A stretch of 40,127 bases of DNA, from the IMG/VR virus record IMGVR_UViG_3300017649_000003, positions 1 through 40,127 of that record. One strand, 5' to 3'. Positions 27,348 to 36,154 of the stretch are shown here, piece after piece. Below the pieces are notes generated by a model. It searched no databases. It was not told where the DNA came from and worked only from the letters and a program-made list of their open reading frames with translations. A program made the translations under genes and the position numbers. How positions within the stretch are numbered: position 1 is the stretch's first letter; every line of letters starts with the position of its first letter. The DNA is from a virus (Duplodnaviria > Caudoviricetes).

Positions 27348-27560
27348 TTACTGATCTGGCCGTGGGGTATATGAGCAATCGACCCGGACAACATCGTCGA
27401 TGTCCAGATGGACGCTCACTCGCTGACACCCATCCGGGATATCGAGCCGCTGCCTGAGGAAGCGCATGATCTCCCGACCCTCGTCGCTTCTCACTAATAT
27501 TGGTCCCGGGCGCTTGGGAGGACGGGGCGGAGGAATAGTTCCCCGGGGGATCGCAGCCAT
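27348..27560 (-). CDS. Hypothetical protein
   Basis: GGGAG SD; 70 aa; co-oriented with late genes. Confidence 0.55.
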   Translation of the reverse strand: MAAIPRGTIPPPRPPKRPGPILVRSDEGREIMRFLRQRLDIPDGCQRVSVHLDIDDVVRVDCSYTPRPDQ

Positions 27561-27594
27561 TAAGCATTCTCCCTCTTGCTAAAGGCCCGGGTGC

Positions 27595-28539
27595 TCACGC
27601 TACCCGCTTGCCTCTGAAATACGCCTTCCCGTCATCCCGCACTACGCAGAATTCCGGGTACAGCAGTTCACCATCCGCCCAGGTCAGCACGGCAAAGCCT
27701 GACTGCCAGTTCGTGGGCGCTCCCTTCGCATACCTGAAGTGCGGCGTCACGGCGTCCGCGATCATCCCGGTCTGGATGGCGTATCGGGTCTTTCTGAATC
27801 CCTTCAGGTGGTTGCAGCCCAGCAGATGGGTGTGGCCTGTTACCACATGGCTGTCAGCGCCCTTGACCACGTTGTTCCAGCCGGCGTGGACTCCACCGTG
27901 CCAGCCGTGGAGGGCGAACAAGTCTTCGTTGATGACCGCCCGGTCTACCTCTTCCCAATGCGGCAGGTGGTCCTTGAGGCGGAAGCCTGTCAGGCCCTCG
28001 AACTCGGGCGCCACCATCGCCAGGCGCGCCTCGAATCGGATGTCGTGGTTCGACTTCAGCCTGATGCGCTTGGCCTTCGGGGCCGCCTCTCGCAGCTCGT
28101 CGAAGCGCTCCCGGGTGACTTCCAGCTCCTGGCGGACCGTCAGCCGGCCTTCCCAGCCCTGGCGCGGGTGCTTCGATATCCCCGCGAAGTCCAGGCTATC
28201 GCCCATCTTGATCTGGGCCTTGACGCTGTTGCCCAACTCGCCAAGCACGTTGACCAGGGCAGCGTGGGCAACCGGGATCTTGCCCGGCATGAAATGGTCA
28301 TCACCCGAGAACACCGCGACGCCGTTCTTGATCGTCAGGTGCGCCTCTTCGTACTGCCCCGTGTCAACCAGCCGCATTTCGGGCTTGGCGCCCATCATCT
28401 CGGCAGACCGCAGGCGGTTTACCAGCGTCGGGCGCGGGATTCCCAGCAGCTTGGCGGCAGCAGAGACATTCCCCTCGCATACCTTCACTGCTGTCAGTGC
28501 CTGACTTGCAGCTTCAGGGCTTAGGGGGGCTTGGGCCAT
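27595..28539 (-). CDS. Fis-type HTH + calcineurin-like metallophosphoesterase
   Basis: GNVSAAAKLLGIPRPTL; GDDH, GDSLD, SNHD, HG, GHTH. Confidence 0.85.
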   Translation of the reverse strand: MAQAPLSPEAASQALTAVKVCEGNVSAAAKLLGIPRPTLVNRLRSAEMMGAKPEMRLVDTGQYEEAHLTIKNGVAVFSGDDHFMPGKIPVAHAALVNVLGELGNSVKAQIKMGDSLDFAGISKHPRQGWEGRLTVRQELEVTRERFDELREAAPKAKRIRLKSNHDIRFEARLAMVAPEFEGLTGFRLKDHLPHWEEVDRAVINEDLFALHGWHGGVHAGWNNVVKGADSHVVTGHTHLLGCNHLKGFRKTRYAIQTGMIADAVTPHFRYAKGAPTNWQSGFAVLTWADGELLYPEFCVVRDDGKAYFRGKRVA

Positions 28540-28542
28540 TGT

Positions 28543-28734
28543 TTAATCGTTCAGTTTTGGCGACCATTCGCCGCACCACTCGTCCGGCTTAATCGCAGGG
28601 AATACGACCACCACGTCACCCTCGTCAACGATGGCGACAGGCGGGTATCGGCGGCATTCGTCCCATGTGGCCGTAGCATTGAAGTGCCGGCAGTCCTTGC
28701 ACAACCTCTCGATGGTGGGCTTGGACTTTTCCAT
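28543..28734 (-). CDS. Small Cys-rich protein
   Basis: CKDCRHF...ECRRYPP...FP....WCGEW. Confidence 0.7.
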   Translation of the reverse strand: MEKSKPTIERLCKDCRHFNATATWDECRRYPPVAIVDEGDVVVVFPAIKPDEWCGEWSPKLND

Positions 28735-28748
28735 GGGCCGGAAATGAG

Positions 28749-28990
28749 AAAAGCCCCGGCGATTTCTCGCTCAGGGCTTGAGGGGAGTCCTACACCGAAG
28801 AAAGCTGCGGGTCAGACTCCAGCAAAAACACCCCGGACGTCTCCGGGGCCGCTGAAGGGTTTTATCCCTCCAGACTCACTACCGGCATGCTTACGCATGC
28901 GGTTAAACGCTGTTCTCGGGAGCAGCGGGTCTTGGTGTAACGACCAAGAGGGGAAAGCAAAAAGCCCCGGCGATTATTCGCTCGGGGCTG
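28749..28990 (-). terminator. Duplicated terminator hairpins in the late leader
   Basis: AAAAGCCCCGGCGATT at 28749-28764 and 28960-28975, each one arm of a hairpin with a U-tract on the - strand. Confidence 0.65.
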
Positions 28991-29022
28991 TTGGCGCAAA
29001 AACCGCACCCTATCTAAAAAAC

Positions 29023-29051
29023 ATCATATCACCGCGAAATACCCTCATCAA
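29023..29051 (-). promoter_or_regulatory. Late promoter (pR'-like)
   Basis: TTGATG-17 bp-TATGAT at the end of the Q-like gene, upstream of the terminators. Confidence 0.6.
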
Positions 29052-29553
29052 GCTTCTCAAGCCCAGCAGCGTTGTAAATCTGCACACTGCCGGACTTCAA
29101 AAGCCTGTGGAAGGTTGGCTCACTGATGCCGGCCTTGATGAAAAGGCTCTGGTGTTCGCTCCAAACGGTCCGGGCCACGTAGTAAGCGTACAGAACCGCC
29201 TTTGTCTTCTCGCACTGCAGCCGATGGAATGCCCGGTGGACCTGGTGCGATTGCGGATCAAGCCGGATCTCGGGCACCGGGCGGCCCGTGCCAATGCCAA
29301 GCAGTTTGCAGAACGGCGTGATCCGCAGGTTCACCCAGAATTGCTTCCTGTCTGCCCATTCCCCCCACTGAAACAAGGCAGCCGTCACTCGGCCGGGGAT
29401 TTCCAACTTTCGACCCATTTCATCTTCCTCAAAAAGTCGCTTCAATCTGCGTTCAGCCAGTTCCCGCTTAGTGGGGCGCAGTTCCATTTCCTCTAGCCGC
29501 TCGGCGACCTTGCTTGGATCGCCCATCATCCAGCGCGGCAATAAAGTAGTCAT
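29029..29553 (-). CDS. Antiterminator Q-like late regulator
   Basis: LFQWGEWA...VHRAFHRL...VLYAYY...GISEPTFHRLL; position before the late promoter; the start may be internal. Confidence 0.65.
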   Translation of the reverse strand: MTTLLPRWMMGDPSKVAERLEEMELRPTKRELAERRLKRLFEEDEMGRKLEIPGRVTAALFQWGEWADRKQFWVNLRITPFCKLLGIGTGRPVPEIRLDPQSHQVHRAFHRLQCEKTKAVLYAYYVARTVWSEHQSLFIKAGISEPTFHRLLKSGSVQIYNAAGLEKLDEGISR

Positions 29554-29586
29554 TGGTCGCCCTCCACTACTTTGATGCCACCGCCA

Positions 29587-29940
29587 TCAGTAGTCCCACC
29601 CTTCCAGCCGGCCACACATGCTCATCATCGGCGGCTGGCAGGCCCTGGCGCGTTCTGCTGCGACCATGAATGCGGGCGGCATCCTGTACTCCGGCTGACG
29701 CATGCCGTTGAGCTCGCGGCTCGGTACGGCAGCCAACTCTTTCTCCGTGGCGAACGCCCGGATCATGTCCATCGGGTCCTCGGTAAACGGCAACCCGCCG
29801 TACTGGTTGACCAATTTGGCGAGATACGAAATCTTCGCCTTGCCCTCGGGCTTGACCGGGGCGCCCATGCGAGACAACCGCTCTATGGCGCTTGCCCGCA
29901 TCAGTTGCGCCGCGATGATCTTTTGCTGTTTGCTTAACAT
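29587..29940 (-). CDS. Hypothetical protein
   Basis: ATG 29940 with AGGAG/AAGG SD. Confidence 0.6.
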   Translation of the reverse strand: MLSKQQKIIAAQLMRASAIERLSRMGAPVKPEGKAKISYLAKLVNQYGGLPFTEDPMDMIRAFATEKELAAVPSRELNGMRQPEYRMPPAFMVAAERARACQPPMMSMCGRLEGWDY

Positions 29941-29950
29941 TTCCCTTCTC

Positions 29951-30322
29951 CTATCCAAGTTCCACCAGCACGAAGCCCTTCTTTTCCTTGTCCAGGCCGT
30001 CATCGAGGGTGATGGGCCGGAACTGGCTGTCATCTACCCCCAGGTACATCGCAATACCGTCTAGGGCGTGTTTCATCGCCCCGAGTAGGTTGTCCAGATC
30101 GCGCTTGCGCTTGTTGGGCGCCACGAACGTCACCCGCAGGGGAATGCGCCTGTCGAAACCAACCCTGTTACCCCGTAGCGAAGCCATGGCGGCCTTCATG
30201 CCATCACCCCGAGCCTGCGCCTTGGCCTCAGCAGTCGCGCCCCAGTGCCGCCCGTTCTTGCGGTTGGGCATGAGCCTGGAATCTGGCCAGGGCAGCACGA
30301 TCTGTAGGCGGTCGATGTTCAT
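29951..30322 (-). CDS. RusA-like Holliday junction resolvase
   Basis: LPWP...RKRDLDNLL..MKHALDGI....VDDSQF. Confidence 0.85.
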   Translation of the reverse strand: MNIDRLQIVLPWPDSRLMPNRKNGRHWGATAEAKAQARGDGMKAAMASLRGNRVGFDRRIPLRVTFVAPNKRKRDLDNLLGAMKHALDGIAMYLGVDDSQFRPITLDDGLDKEKKGFVLVELG

Positions 30323-30324
30323 GG

Positions 30325-31707
30325 TCAGTCCCTCAACATGCTGTATTTCTTCTTAGGCTGGGACTCGGCCTGGTTGCGAGCGATGGCAACCTCCTGCGCG
30401 TCGGCGTCCAGAAACCGCGAGTGCTGCCCCTGGAACACCAGGGTGACCTCGCCAAGCGGCCCCATGCGCTGCTTCCTGATCAGAATCTCGGCGAACCCCT
30501 TCAGCGGGCTGTCCGGGTTGTAGTAGTCATCCCGGTAGGCCATCAGGATTACATCCGCGTCCTGCTCGATGGCGCCCGACTCGCGCAGGTCGCTCATGAT
30601 CGGACGCTTATCGGTGCGTTCTTCGACCTTGCGAGAAAGCTGGGACAGCAGGATGATCGGGCACCCCATTTCCCTGGCCACGAGTTTCAGGGCGCGGGTG
30701 ATGCCACCCAATTCCTCGTTCCTGTTGTTGCCGTCGCCCCGCATCAGTTGCAGGTAGTCGATCACGATCAGATCCAAGCGGCCCGAGCGCTGTTTGACCT
30801 TGCGGGCAGCCAGGCGCAAGCGGGACACGCTCGCCAGGGCCGGGTCGTCCGCAATGATCAGTTGCTGGTTCTGGAGGCGGCCCAAGGCGCCCGTCAAGGC
30901 CGTGTAATCGGACTGGCTTAGCTGGCCGTTGCGCATGCGGCGCGAGTCAATCTCGCCGAAGCGAGAAATGCTCCGTTCGGCCAGTTGCTGCGCCGACATT
31001 TCCAGGCTGACGACAAGGGCCACCCCACCGGCCATGCTCACGTTCTCGGCGATGTTGATCGCTAGGGTCGTCTTGCCCATCGATGGGCGCCCGGCGATGA
31101 TGATCAAGTCGCCGTTTTGCAGGCCACTCGTCAGGGCATCCAAGTCTGCAAAGCCCGTGGCAAGGCCTGCGACGGCACCCCCACGATCAACCCGAGCCTC
31201 GAGCGCTTCAAGTACGCCACTCAACAGCTCCCCGATCGGTTTCGGGTCAACGCCGGTGTCCCGGGTATCCGCCAGCGCCATAGCTAACCCGGTAGCGCGC
31301 TCGACCAGTTCTGCAGGATCGCTGGATTCCTCGGCCAAGGCGGAAATCTCGTTACCCAGCGTCAGTACGTCACGGCGGATGCGATGCGCCCGTACGATTT
31401 CGGCATAGCGCAGGACGTTGGCGCTGCTGGGAACAGCATCTACCACGGAGTTCAGATACGCGACTCCGCCGGCTTCATCGGCCTGACCGGCTGCTTGCAG
31501 CGCATCGAACACCGTCAGGACATCGGCCGGGCGGCATTTGTCCGCGAGGCTCGCAATCACGCTGAAGATCAACCGATGATCATGGCGGTAGAAATCGTCG
31601 GCCGACAGCATGCCATCCAGCCGATCCCACGCCCGGGCATCCTGCAGCAACGCTCCCAGGACGGACTGCTCGGCATCCACCGAATGCGGGGGGACGTGCG
31701 GATTCAT
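30325..31707 (-). CDS. dnaB: Replicative DNA helicase
   Basis: PPHSVDAEQSVLG, AGRPSMGKT, IDYLQL, LSQLSR, DLRESGAIEQDAD. Confidence 0.97.
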   Translation of the reverse strand: MNPHVPPHSVDAEQSVLGALLQDARAWDRLDGMLSADDFYRHDHRLIFSVIASLADKCRPADVLTVFDALQAAGQADEAGGVAYLNSVVDAVPSSANVLRYAEIVRAHRIRRDVLTLGNEISALAEESSDPAELVERATGLAMALADTRDTGVDPKPIGELLSGVLEALEARVDRGGAVAGLATGFADLDALTSGLQNGDLIIIAGRPSMGKTTLAINIAENVSMAGGVALVVSLEMSAQQLAERSISRFGEIDSRRMRNGQLSQSDYTALTGALGRLQNQQLIIADDPALASVSRLRLAARKVKQRSGRLDLIVIDYLQLMRGDGNNRNEELGGITRALKLVAREMGCPIILLSQLSRKVEERTDKRPIMSDLRESGAIEQDADVILMAYRDDYYNPDSPLKGFAEILIRKQRMGPLGEVTLVFQGQHSRFLDADAQEVAIARNQAESQPKKKYSMLRD

Positions 31708-32540
31708 GCGGCCTCCCGGTGCTGGTGGATGGCCTGGGCCTGGATACCCACGGTTGTCAGCGAGTAGGCGCCCTCAGCGGAGGCGTACCAGAGCCGGTAA
31801 TAGCCCTTCTCGACGTAGTTCAGGAAATGCCGACGCCAGTCCGCCTGCAACCGCGCTTCGTTGCGGCCACCAGCGGAGTGCTCAGCCTTGAACACGTTCC
31901 AAGCCAACTGCACGAACTCCATCGGCAGGCCGGTACCTTCCACGTACTCCAGCAAGGGCCGATAATCGCTGATCGCCTTCTCGCCGGTAGCACGGCAGTT
32001 TTCAAGGAAGGTCTTCAGGGCGATGCGGCTCTTGCGTTCCCGCTTGGGTTTGGCAGCCAAAGGCTGGCCGGGCTCATCACCCCCCACCGGGGGGTTAGGG
32101 GGGTTTATTTCTTCTTTCTCTTCTCTTTCTCTAGCTAACGCACTAGTAACGCCGGGAGAGTTACAGCATTCAGAGTCTTGAGTTTCATGAGCGTTACCGG
32201 CTCGATGGTTTGCAACCCTTTTTGCTGTCTGGGCGCGTTTCTTCGCGGACGCACCATTGTGATCCTCGAAGTTAACAATGCGGATGCCCTCTGGGTGATC
32301 CGCGATCCAGCCGATATCTACCAAAGCCTGCCCCAGCCCTGGGACGCCGGTCTTTCGGTCAATCTGGCGGGTGGACAAGCCAGGCATGATGCCGTCAACC
32401 GTGTGCTGATCTGCTGTAGCCCACAACCAGTACAAACCGCCGACAACCTGGGCCTCTCCGCAACCTGTCAGATCGCATAGGCGCGCTATTCTGGGGTCGT
32501 CCCACAGGTTGCAGCGCATCTTGATCCAATCGGCGGCCAT
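31704..32540 (-). CDS. Replication initiator protein
   Basis: MAADWIKMR..L.DDPRI N-terminus, NPPNPP linker; upstream of DnaB. Confidence 0.8.
   Translation of the reverse strand: MAADWIKMRCNLWDDPRIARLCDLTGCGEAQVVGGLYWLWATADQHTVDGIMPGLSTRQIDRKTGVPGLGQALVDIGWIADHPEGIRIVNFEDHNGASAKKRAQTAKRVANHRAGNAHETQDSECCNSPGVTSALAREREEKEEINPPNPPVGGDEPGQPLAAKPKRERKSRIALKTFLENCRATGEKAISDYRPLLEYVEGTGLPMEFVQLAWNVFKAEHSAGGRNEARLQADWRRHFLNYVEKGYYRLWYASAEGAYSLTTVGIQAQAIHQHREAA
32100..32200. other. Possible replication origin inside the initiator gene
   Basis: Pyrimidine/purine-skewed tract 32104-32131 next to TAACGC/GTTAC repeats. Confidence 0.4.
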
Positions 32541-32683
32541 TACCTGTCCCCTGCCAACATGCGCTTGAGCGCCTCAGCCCATGCATGGACGTGCGGTGCC
32601 ATAGCCTTGCGACGTTTCAACGTGGCCAGCTTCCTGGCTTCAGCCATTGCGTCGGCATATGCTTGTTTCTGAGCTTGGGTCAT
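32540..32683 (-). CDS. Small hypothetical protein (47 aa)
   Basis: MTQAQKQAYADAMAEARKLATL...; ATGA and TAATG coupling at its ends. Confidence 0.6.
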   Translation of the reverse strand: MTQAQKQAYADAMAEARKLATLKRRKAMAPHVHAWAEALKRMLAGDR

Positions 32684-33042
32684 GCGACCTCCTTCAGCCC
32701 AGCGGCTTGCATAGCGCCTTCAGGCACTTCGAAATCGTGGGCAAGCAGCCATTCGATGCAGGCGACCAGCAAAGCGCGCTGGCGGCCGTATTCGGCTTCG
32801 AATCGGGCTTTGTAGGGATGAACGGCGATCATCCACTTGCCGCCCGTGCCATCTTGGTGGTGACCGGCGCAGAGCGGCAGGACGAGCCAATGTGCTTCCG
32901 GCTTGGTGCGGCCGTCGATGTGGTGGATCGAAGTCCAGGTGTTGTAGAGCCCCTCTTTGCGGCAAGCTATGCAGCCCACGTGCTGACAGAGCATGTCGTG
33001 GAAACGCTTCTGTTCGCGCGAGACGGCGCGGCCTTTGATCAT
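32680..33042 (-). CDS. Ref-family HNH nuclease
   Basis: VGCIAC...IHHIDGRTKP..H..VLPLCAGHHQ...IAVHP. Confidence 0.8.
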   Translation of the reverse strand: MIKGRAVSREQKRFHDMLCQHVGCIACRKEGLYNTWTSIHHIDGRTKPEAHWLVLPLCAGHHQDGTGGKWMIAVHPYKARFEAEYGRQRALLVACIEWLLAHDFEVPEGAMQAAGLKEVA

Positions 33043-33449
33043 TTCCGCCCCTCCTTCCAGGCCAGGAATGGCTTGCGGATCAGCTCGTGGAATTGATTGG
33101 CTCCGACTTGGTTGTGATCCAGTTCTGAGCGGGACGTGATCCCGCAAACATCCCGGATGTGGTCAGCCGCGACAGCTTCGGAGCCCACCCCAATGAACTC
33201 CAGGAACTCCGGGTTCTGGCACAGTTGCCCAGCCAGCCGGGCCAGTTCGCCGCCCCTGGGTTTCTCGGGCTCGTTGACTGCGGGCCGCCCAAAGTCGGCG
33301 CGCAACGGCGCCAAGGCCACCGGCATATCTATGTTGGGAAACAGCGACAGAAAGTCGCCACGGCAGGACGGGTCGATGTCTATCTGCACGCGGATCGTGC
33401 CGTCCGCCATTTCCTTCATAGCGCGGCGAGTGCCGGAGATCGCGCTCAT
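33039..33449 (-). CDS. Hypothetical protein
   Basis: AGQLCQNPEF...IRDVCGITSRSELDHN motif; coupled to neighbours. Confidence 0.7.
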   Translation of the reverse strand: MSAISGTRRAMKEMADGTIRVQIDIDPSCRGDFLSLFPNIDMPVALAPLRADFGRPAVNEPEKPRGGELARLAGQLCQNPEFLEFIGVGSEAVAADHIRDVCGITSRSELDHNQVGANQFHELIRKPFLAWKEGRK

Positions 33450-33841
33450 GCCGCCCTCCGCCGCTTCAGTTCTGCTACCTCGGCCTCAAGGCGGGCCAAT
33501 TTCTCGGACGGTGTCTCGGTCATTTCAGCCAACTGCTGCCGCCGGGATTCGTCGTACTGGCGGATCGCCCAGTTGGAGCAAAGGTGCTGCAGGACCAAGG
33601 CTTGATCTGTGGTCAGATAGCCACGACCTGCTTTGACCTTGGCCAGGTGCGGAGCGCTGAAGCCCAGGCAGTTGGCGATTTCAGCCTCGGACATGCGGCG
33701 CAGGCGGCTGTTGATGCACAGCCGAACCGCGTCCGAGTAGTCGTCCAAATTGGCGATCAACGCATCGTCCAGGAACCGAGGTTTCGGTATCTCCGCAATC
33801 AACGGCAGGCTGAGCTGCATCAGGTCATTGAAACTTTTCAT
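33446..33841 (-). CDS. CII-like transcriptional regulator
   Basis: HTH-like EAEIANCLGFSAPHLAKVK; directly after cro. Confidence 0.6.
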   Translation of the reverse strand: MKSFNDLMQLSLPLIAEIPKPRFLDDALIANLDDYSDAVRLCINSRLRRMSEAEIANCLGFSAPHLAKVKAGRGYLTTDQALVLQHLCSNWAIRQYDESRRQQLAEMTETPSEKLARLEAEVAELKRRRAA

Positions 33842-33920
33842 CGTTATTAACTGTTGTTAGCTATAGCGTTAACCATTGAGCGGGGCGTAAAAAAACGGCA
33901 TGCCTAAGCACACCGCCCCT

Positions 33921-34223
33921 CTATGCAGATTCTTTGGATTCAGCCCTGCCGGTCCCGCCCGCCCTCTCCTTCTCGGCCAGCTCGGGGCGGGCGGGAGAAT
34001 TGAAGAAGAACTGGATCAGGTCGGATCGGGAGAACGTCGCCCCGAACTCTTCGCAAGCCGACCACAAGGCATCCATCGTTTCCTTGCGGGGGATTCGGGC
34101 CGCCCTGACCAGGTGAACCTCGATGTATCCGGTTGTCGTGCCGGCCGCTCGGGCAAAATCCTTCCGCTTCCCCGCGTCGAGCGAGTGATAGAAGCTCTTG
34201 AAGTCTGTCGGTTGGATGTTCAT
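33921..34223 (-). CDS. Cro-like repressor
   Basis: FARAAGTTTGYI HTH; divergent from cI. Confidence 0.75.
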   Translation of the reverse strand: MNIQPTDFKSFYHSLDAGKRKDFARAAGTTTGYIEVHLVRAARIPRKETMDALWSACEEFGATFSRSDLIQFFFNSPARPELAEKERAGGTGRAESKESA

Positions 34224-34229
34224 GTCACG

Positions 34230-34311
34230 ATTCTATTACCGATTAGGTAATAGTTCAATCGGAATATGACCATCTTGGTTTATTTACCACACCGGTAAAG
34301 GCGGTTCCAAT
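34230..34311. promoter_or_regulatory. OR operators with PR and PRM promoters
   Basis: ACC-N5-GGT operators at 34233-34253, 34266-34282 and 34283-34299; PR (- strand) TTGAAC-17-TAGAAT; weak PRM (+ strand) TTTACC-17-TCCAAT. Confidence 0.75.
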
Positions 34312-34317
34312 CCCCGG

Positions 34318-35019
34318 ATGAAATCCATCAAAGAGATCCGCAAAGAGAACTTTGCGAAGGCCATCGACGAGAGGTGCGACGGCAACCAATCTGTGGCAGC
34401 CGAACGACTGGGCTACTCCACCCCTTCACTTGTGAGTCGTTATGCAACTGGCGCCAAAGACATAGGGGACAAGGCCGCGCGCAAGATGGAAGTGGTGTTT
34501 GGCTACCCGGAAAACTGGATGGACACTAGCCGGAATAGCGGGCCTGATGAGGCACCGGGCGGGTTAACCCCACTTCCAAACACTACGACACTCTCCGTTA
34601 CCATCAGTCAATATGACACGGGGGGCAGGATGGGCGCGGCTGGAGTGGAGCTGAAAGATCAGCCGGGAGTGATCGAGAGCTGGAGGGTTAGCCGGGAATG
34701 GCTGGAGAAGAACGTGCGCGGCTATGCCCAGGTAAACAGCCTGTGCATAGTGACCGGGTTCGGCGACTCCATGCGCCCAATGTTTAACCCTGGCGACCCG
34801 CTGATCATCGACTCCAGCGTACGGTCGGTCGAGTTCGACGCCGTGTACTTTTTCCGGGTCGGCAGCGAAGGATTCATCAAGCGCCTGCAGCGGGTGCCTG
34901 GCAAGGGGTTGCTGGCGATCTCAGAGAATCCGGCCTATCGGGATTGGGTCATAGACCCAACCATGGACTTGGAAGTGTTCGGCCGTGTGCTCAAGGTTTG
35001 GCGCAGCGAGGACTTTTAA
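34318..35019 (+). CDS. cI: CI repressor (HTH + S24 autopeptidase)
   Basis: NQSVAAERLGYSTPSLVSRY; GDSM and FIKRL catalytic motifs. Confidence 0.92.
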   Translation: MKSIKEIRKENFAKAIDERCDGNQSVAAERLGYSTPSLVSRYATGAKDIGDKAARKMEVVFGYPENWMDTSRNSGPDEAPGGLTPLPNTTTLSVTISQYDTGGRMGAAGVELKDQPGVIESWRVSREWLEKNVRGYAQVNSLCIVTGFGDSMRPMFNPGDPLIIDSSVRSVEFDAVYFFRVGSEGFIKRLQRVPGKGLLAISENPAYRDWVIDPTMDLEVFGRVLKVWRSEDF

Positions 35020-35021
35020 TT

Positions 35022-35444
35022 GTGTCTACTCCCCTCTCCCAGGCTTCAATCGTAGCCCCGCTTCTCGTGATGGCGCTGTCCGGCTGTATGGCCCCGTATG
35101 AAGCCATGAAGAATAACCAGTACAGCCAGGTTGAACCGCAGCCAACTCCGGACGAATTAGTGGGGACCTGGACGGGAACTAGCGGCCCGTACCTTATGAC
35201 GGTCAAGCTTGGGCCAGAAGGCCGTGGCCTGTCCTGCGCGAGCTGGCATACAAACGAGTCCATCAACAACGTGAAATATGCCGGCGGGCGCCTCTACTTC
35301 CCCGATGGGATGCAGATGACCGTAGGCGCAGAAGGTGGCCAGCTAGTGGTCGTCTACGACCAGAAAGGCATGGAGCCGATCAGGCTCAACCCCGACACCG
35401 AGCTAGTTGAAGCGTCACCGTATTGTAGGGACAAGCTGCACTAG
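35022..35444 (+). CDS. Lipoprotein (immunity-region accessory gene)
   Basis: Lipobox ALSG-C; start uncertain (GTG 35022). Confidence 0.7.
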   Translation: MSTPLSQASIVAPLLVMALSGCMAPYEAMKNNQYSQVEPQPTPDELVGTWTGTSGPYLMTVKLGPEGRGLSCASWHTNESINNVKYAGGRLYFPDGMQMTVGAEGGQLVVVYDQKGMEPIRLNPDTELVEASPYCRDKLH

Positions 35445-35459
35445 CCCCAAACTTGTAAC

Positions 35460-35488
35460 AGCCGCCCTCCCCGGGCGGTTTTCTTTTG
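35460..35488 (+). terminator. Terminator between the convergent lipoprotein genes
   Basis: GCCGCCC-TCCCC-GGGCGGT-TTTCTTTT. Confidence 0.65.
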
Positions 35489-35490
35489 GG

Positions 35491-36009
35491 CTAGCGGGAC
35501 AGGCAGGTGTTGATCGCTGCGGCCAGGCGCTCAAGCTCTTGGACCACCTCCAGGCCGTCAGAGCCTGACCAGGCGCCAATGGGTATGAACCCCATTCCAG
35601 CCGACCCTTCCAGCCGCTGATCAAGCTTATCGAAGACATAGACGCGGCCATCATCCGCTATCGACGCGTCGAGCGTATATCTCACGGTTGTCGTCTGCGG
35701 CGTCATCAACGTCACCTGTGTGAACTGTGTGGCCCCTTCGGCCACTGCGCGCCGCTTGTCTTCAGCCATGAATCGAACCACTTCCGCCCCTACCGGCAGG
35801 GCGTCCACGTTCTTAGCAATACACAACGGGAGCGCGTCACGGGTCTTCGGCGGCTCGCCTGGAAAGTGAAACCTGGCGCTGGTGATGTACTCCTGGCCAT
35901 ACGAGTTCTTCACGAAACTCAACCCGTCGTACCGCGACAACGCAGGATCCTTCCCTACGGCGCACCCGCTCAACACCAGAACTCCCACCGCAGCAACCGC
36001 TTTCTTCAT
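35491..36009 (-). CDS. Lipoprotein (immunity-region accessory gene)
   Basis: MKKAVAAVGVLVLSG-C signal peptide and lipobox; AAGG SD. Confidence 0.8.
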   Translation of the reverse strand: MKKAVAAVGVLVLSGCAVGKDPALSRYDGLSFVKNSYGQEYITSARFHFPGEPPKTRDALPLCIAKNVDALPVGAEVVRFMAEDKRRAVAEGATQFTQVTLMTPQTTTVRYTLDASIADDGRVYVFDKLDQRLEGSAGMGFIPIGAWSGSDGLEVVQELERLAAAINTCLSR

Positions 36010-36111
36010 TTCCTTCCCCTGGTAACGGTCTGAGTCTGAATCGTACCGACACGTACAGCCCACGTCCATCTATTGAATTTTCTATTCCGTTAAATAAATT
36101 CAATTGAACAT

Positions 36112-36154
36112 ATTACCATTTTGGTTTGACTTTAATTACCGTTTTGGTCATAAT
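36112..36154 (+). promoter_or_regulatory. PL promoter with two OL operators
   Basis: TTGACT(36126)-17 bp-CATAAT(36149); ATTACC-N5-GGT at 36112 and 36135, the same motif as OR. Confidence 0.8.

Noticed and set aside
27608-28524. Long + strand ORFs (298 and 261 aa), and similar ones opposite the capsid, portal, terminase and tail genes
   Set aside because: Antisense shadows of well-supported genes in GC-rich DNA; no motifs or SD
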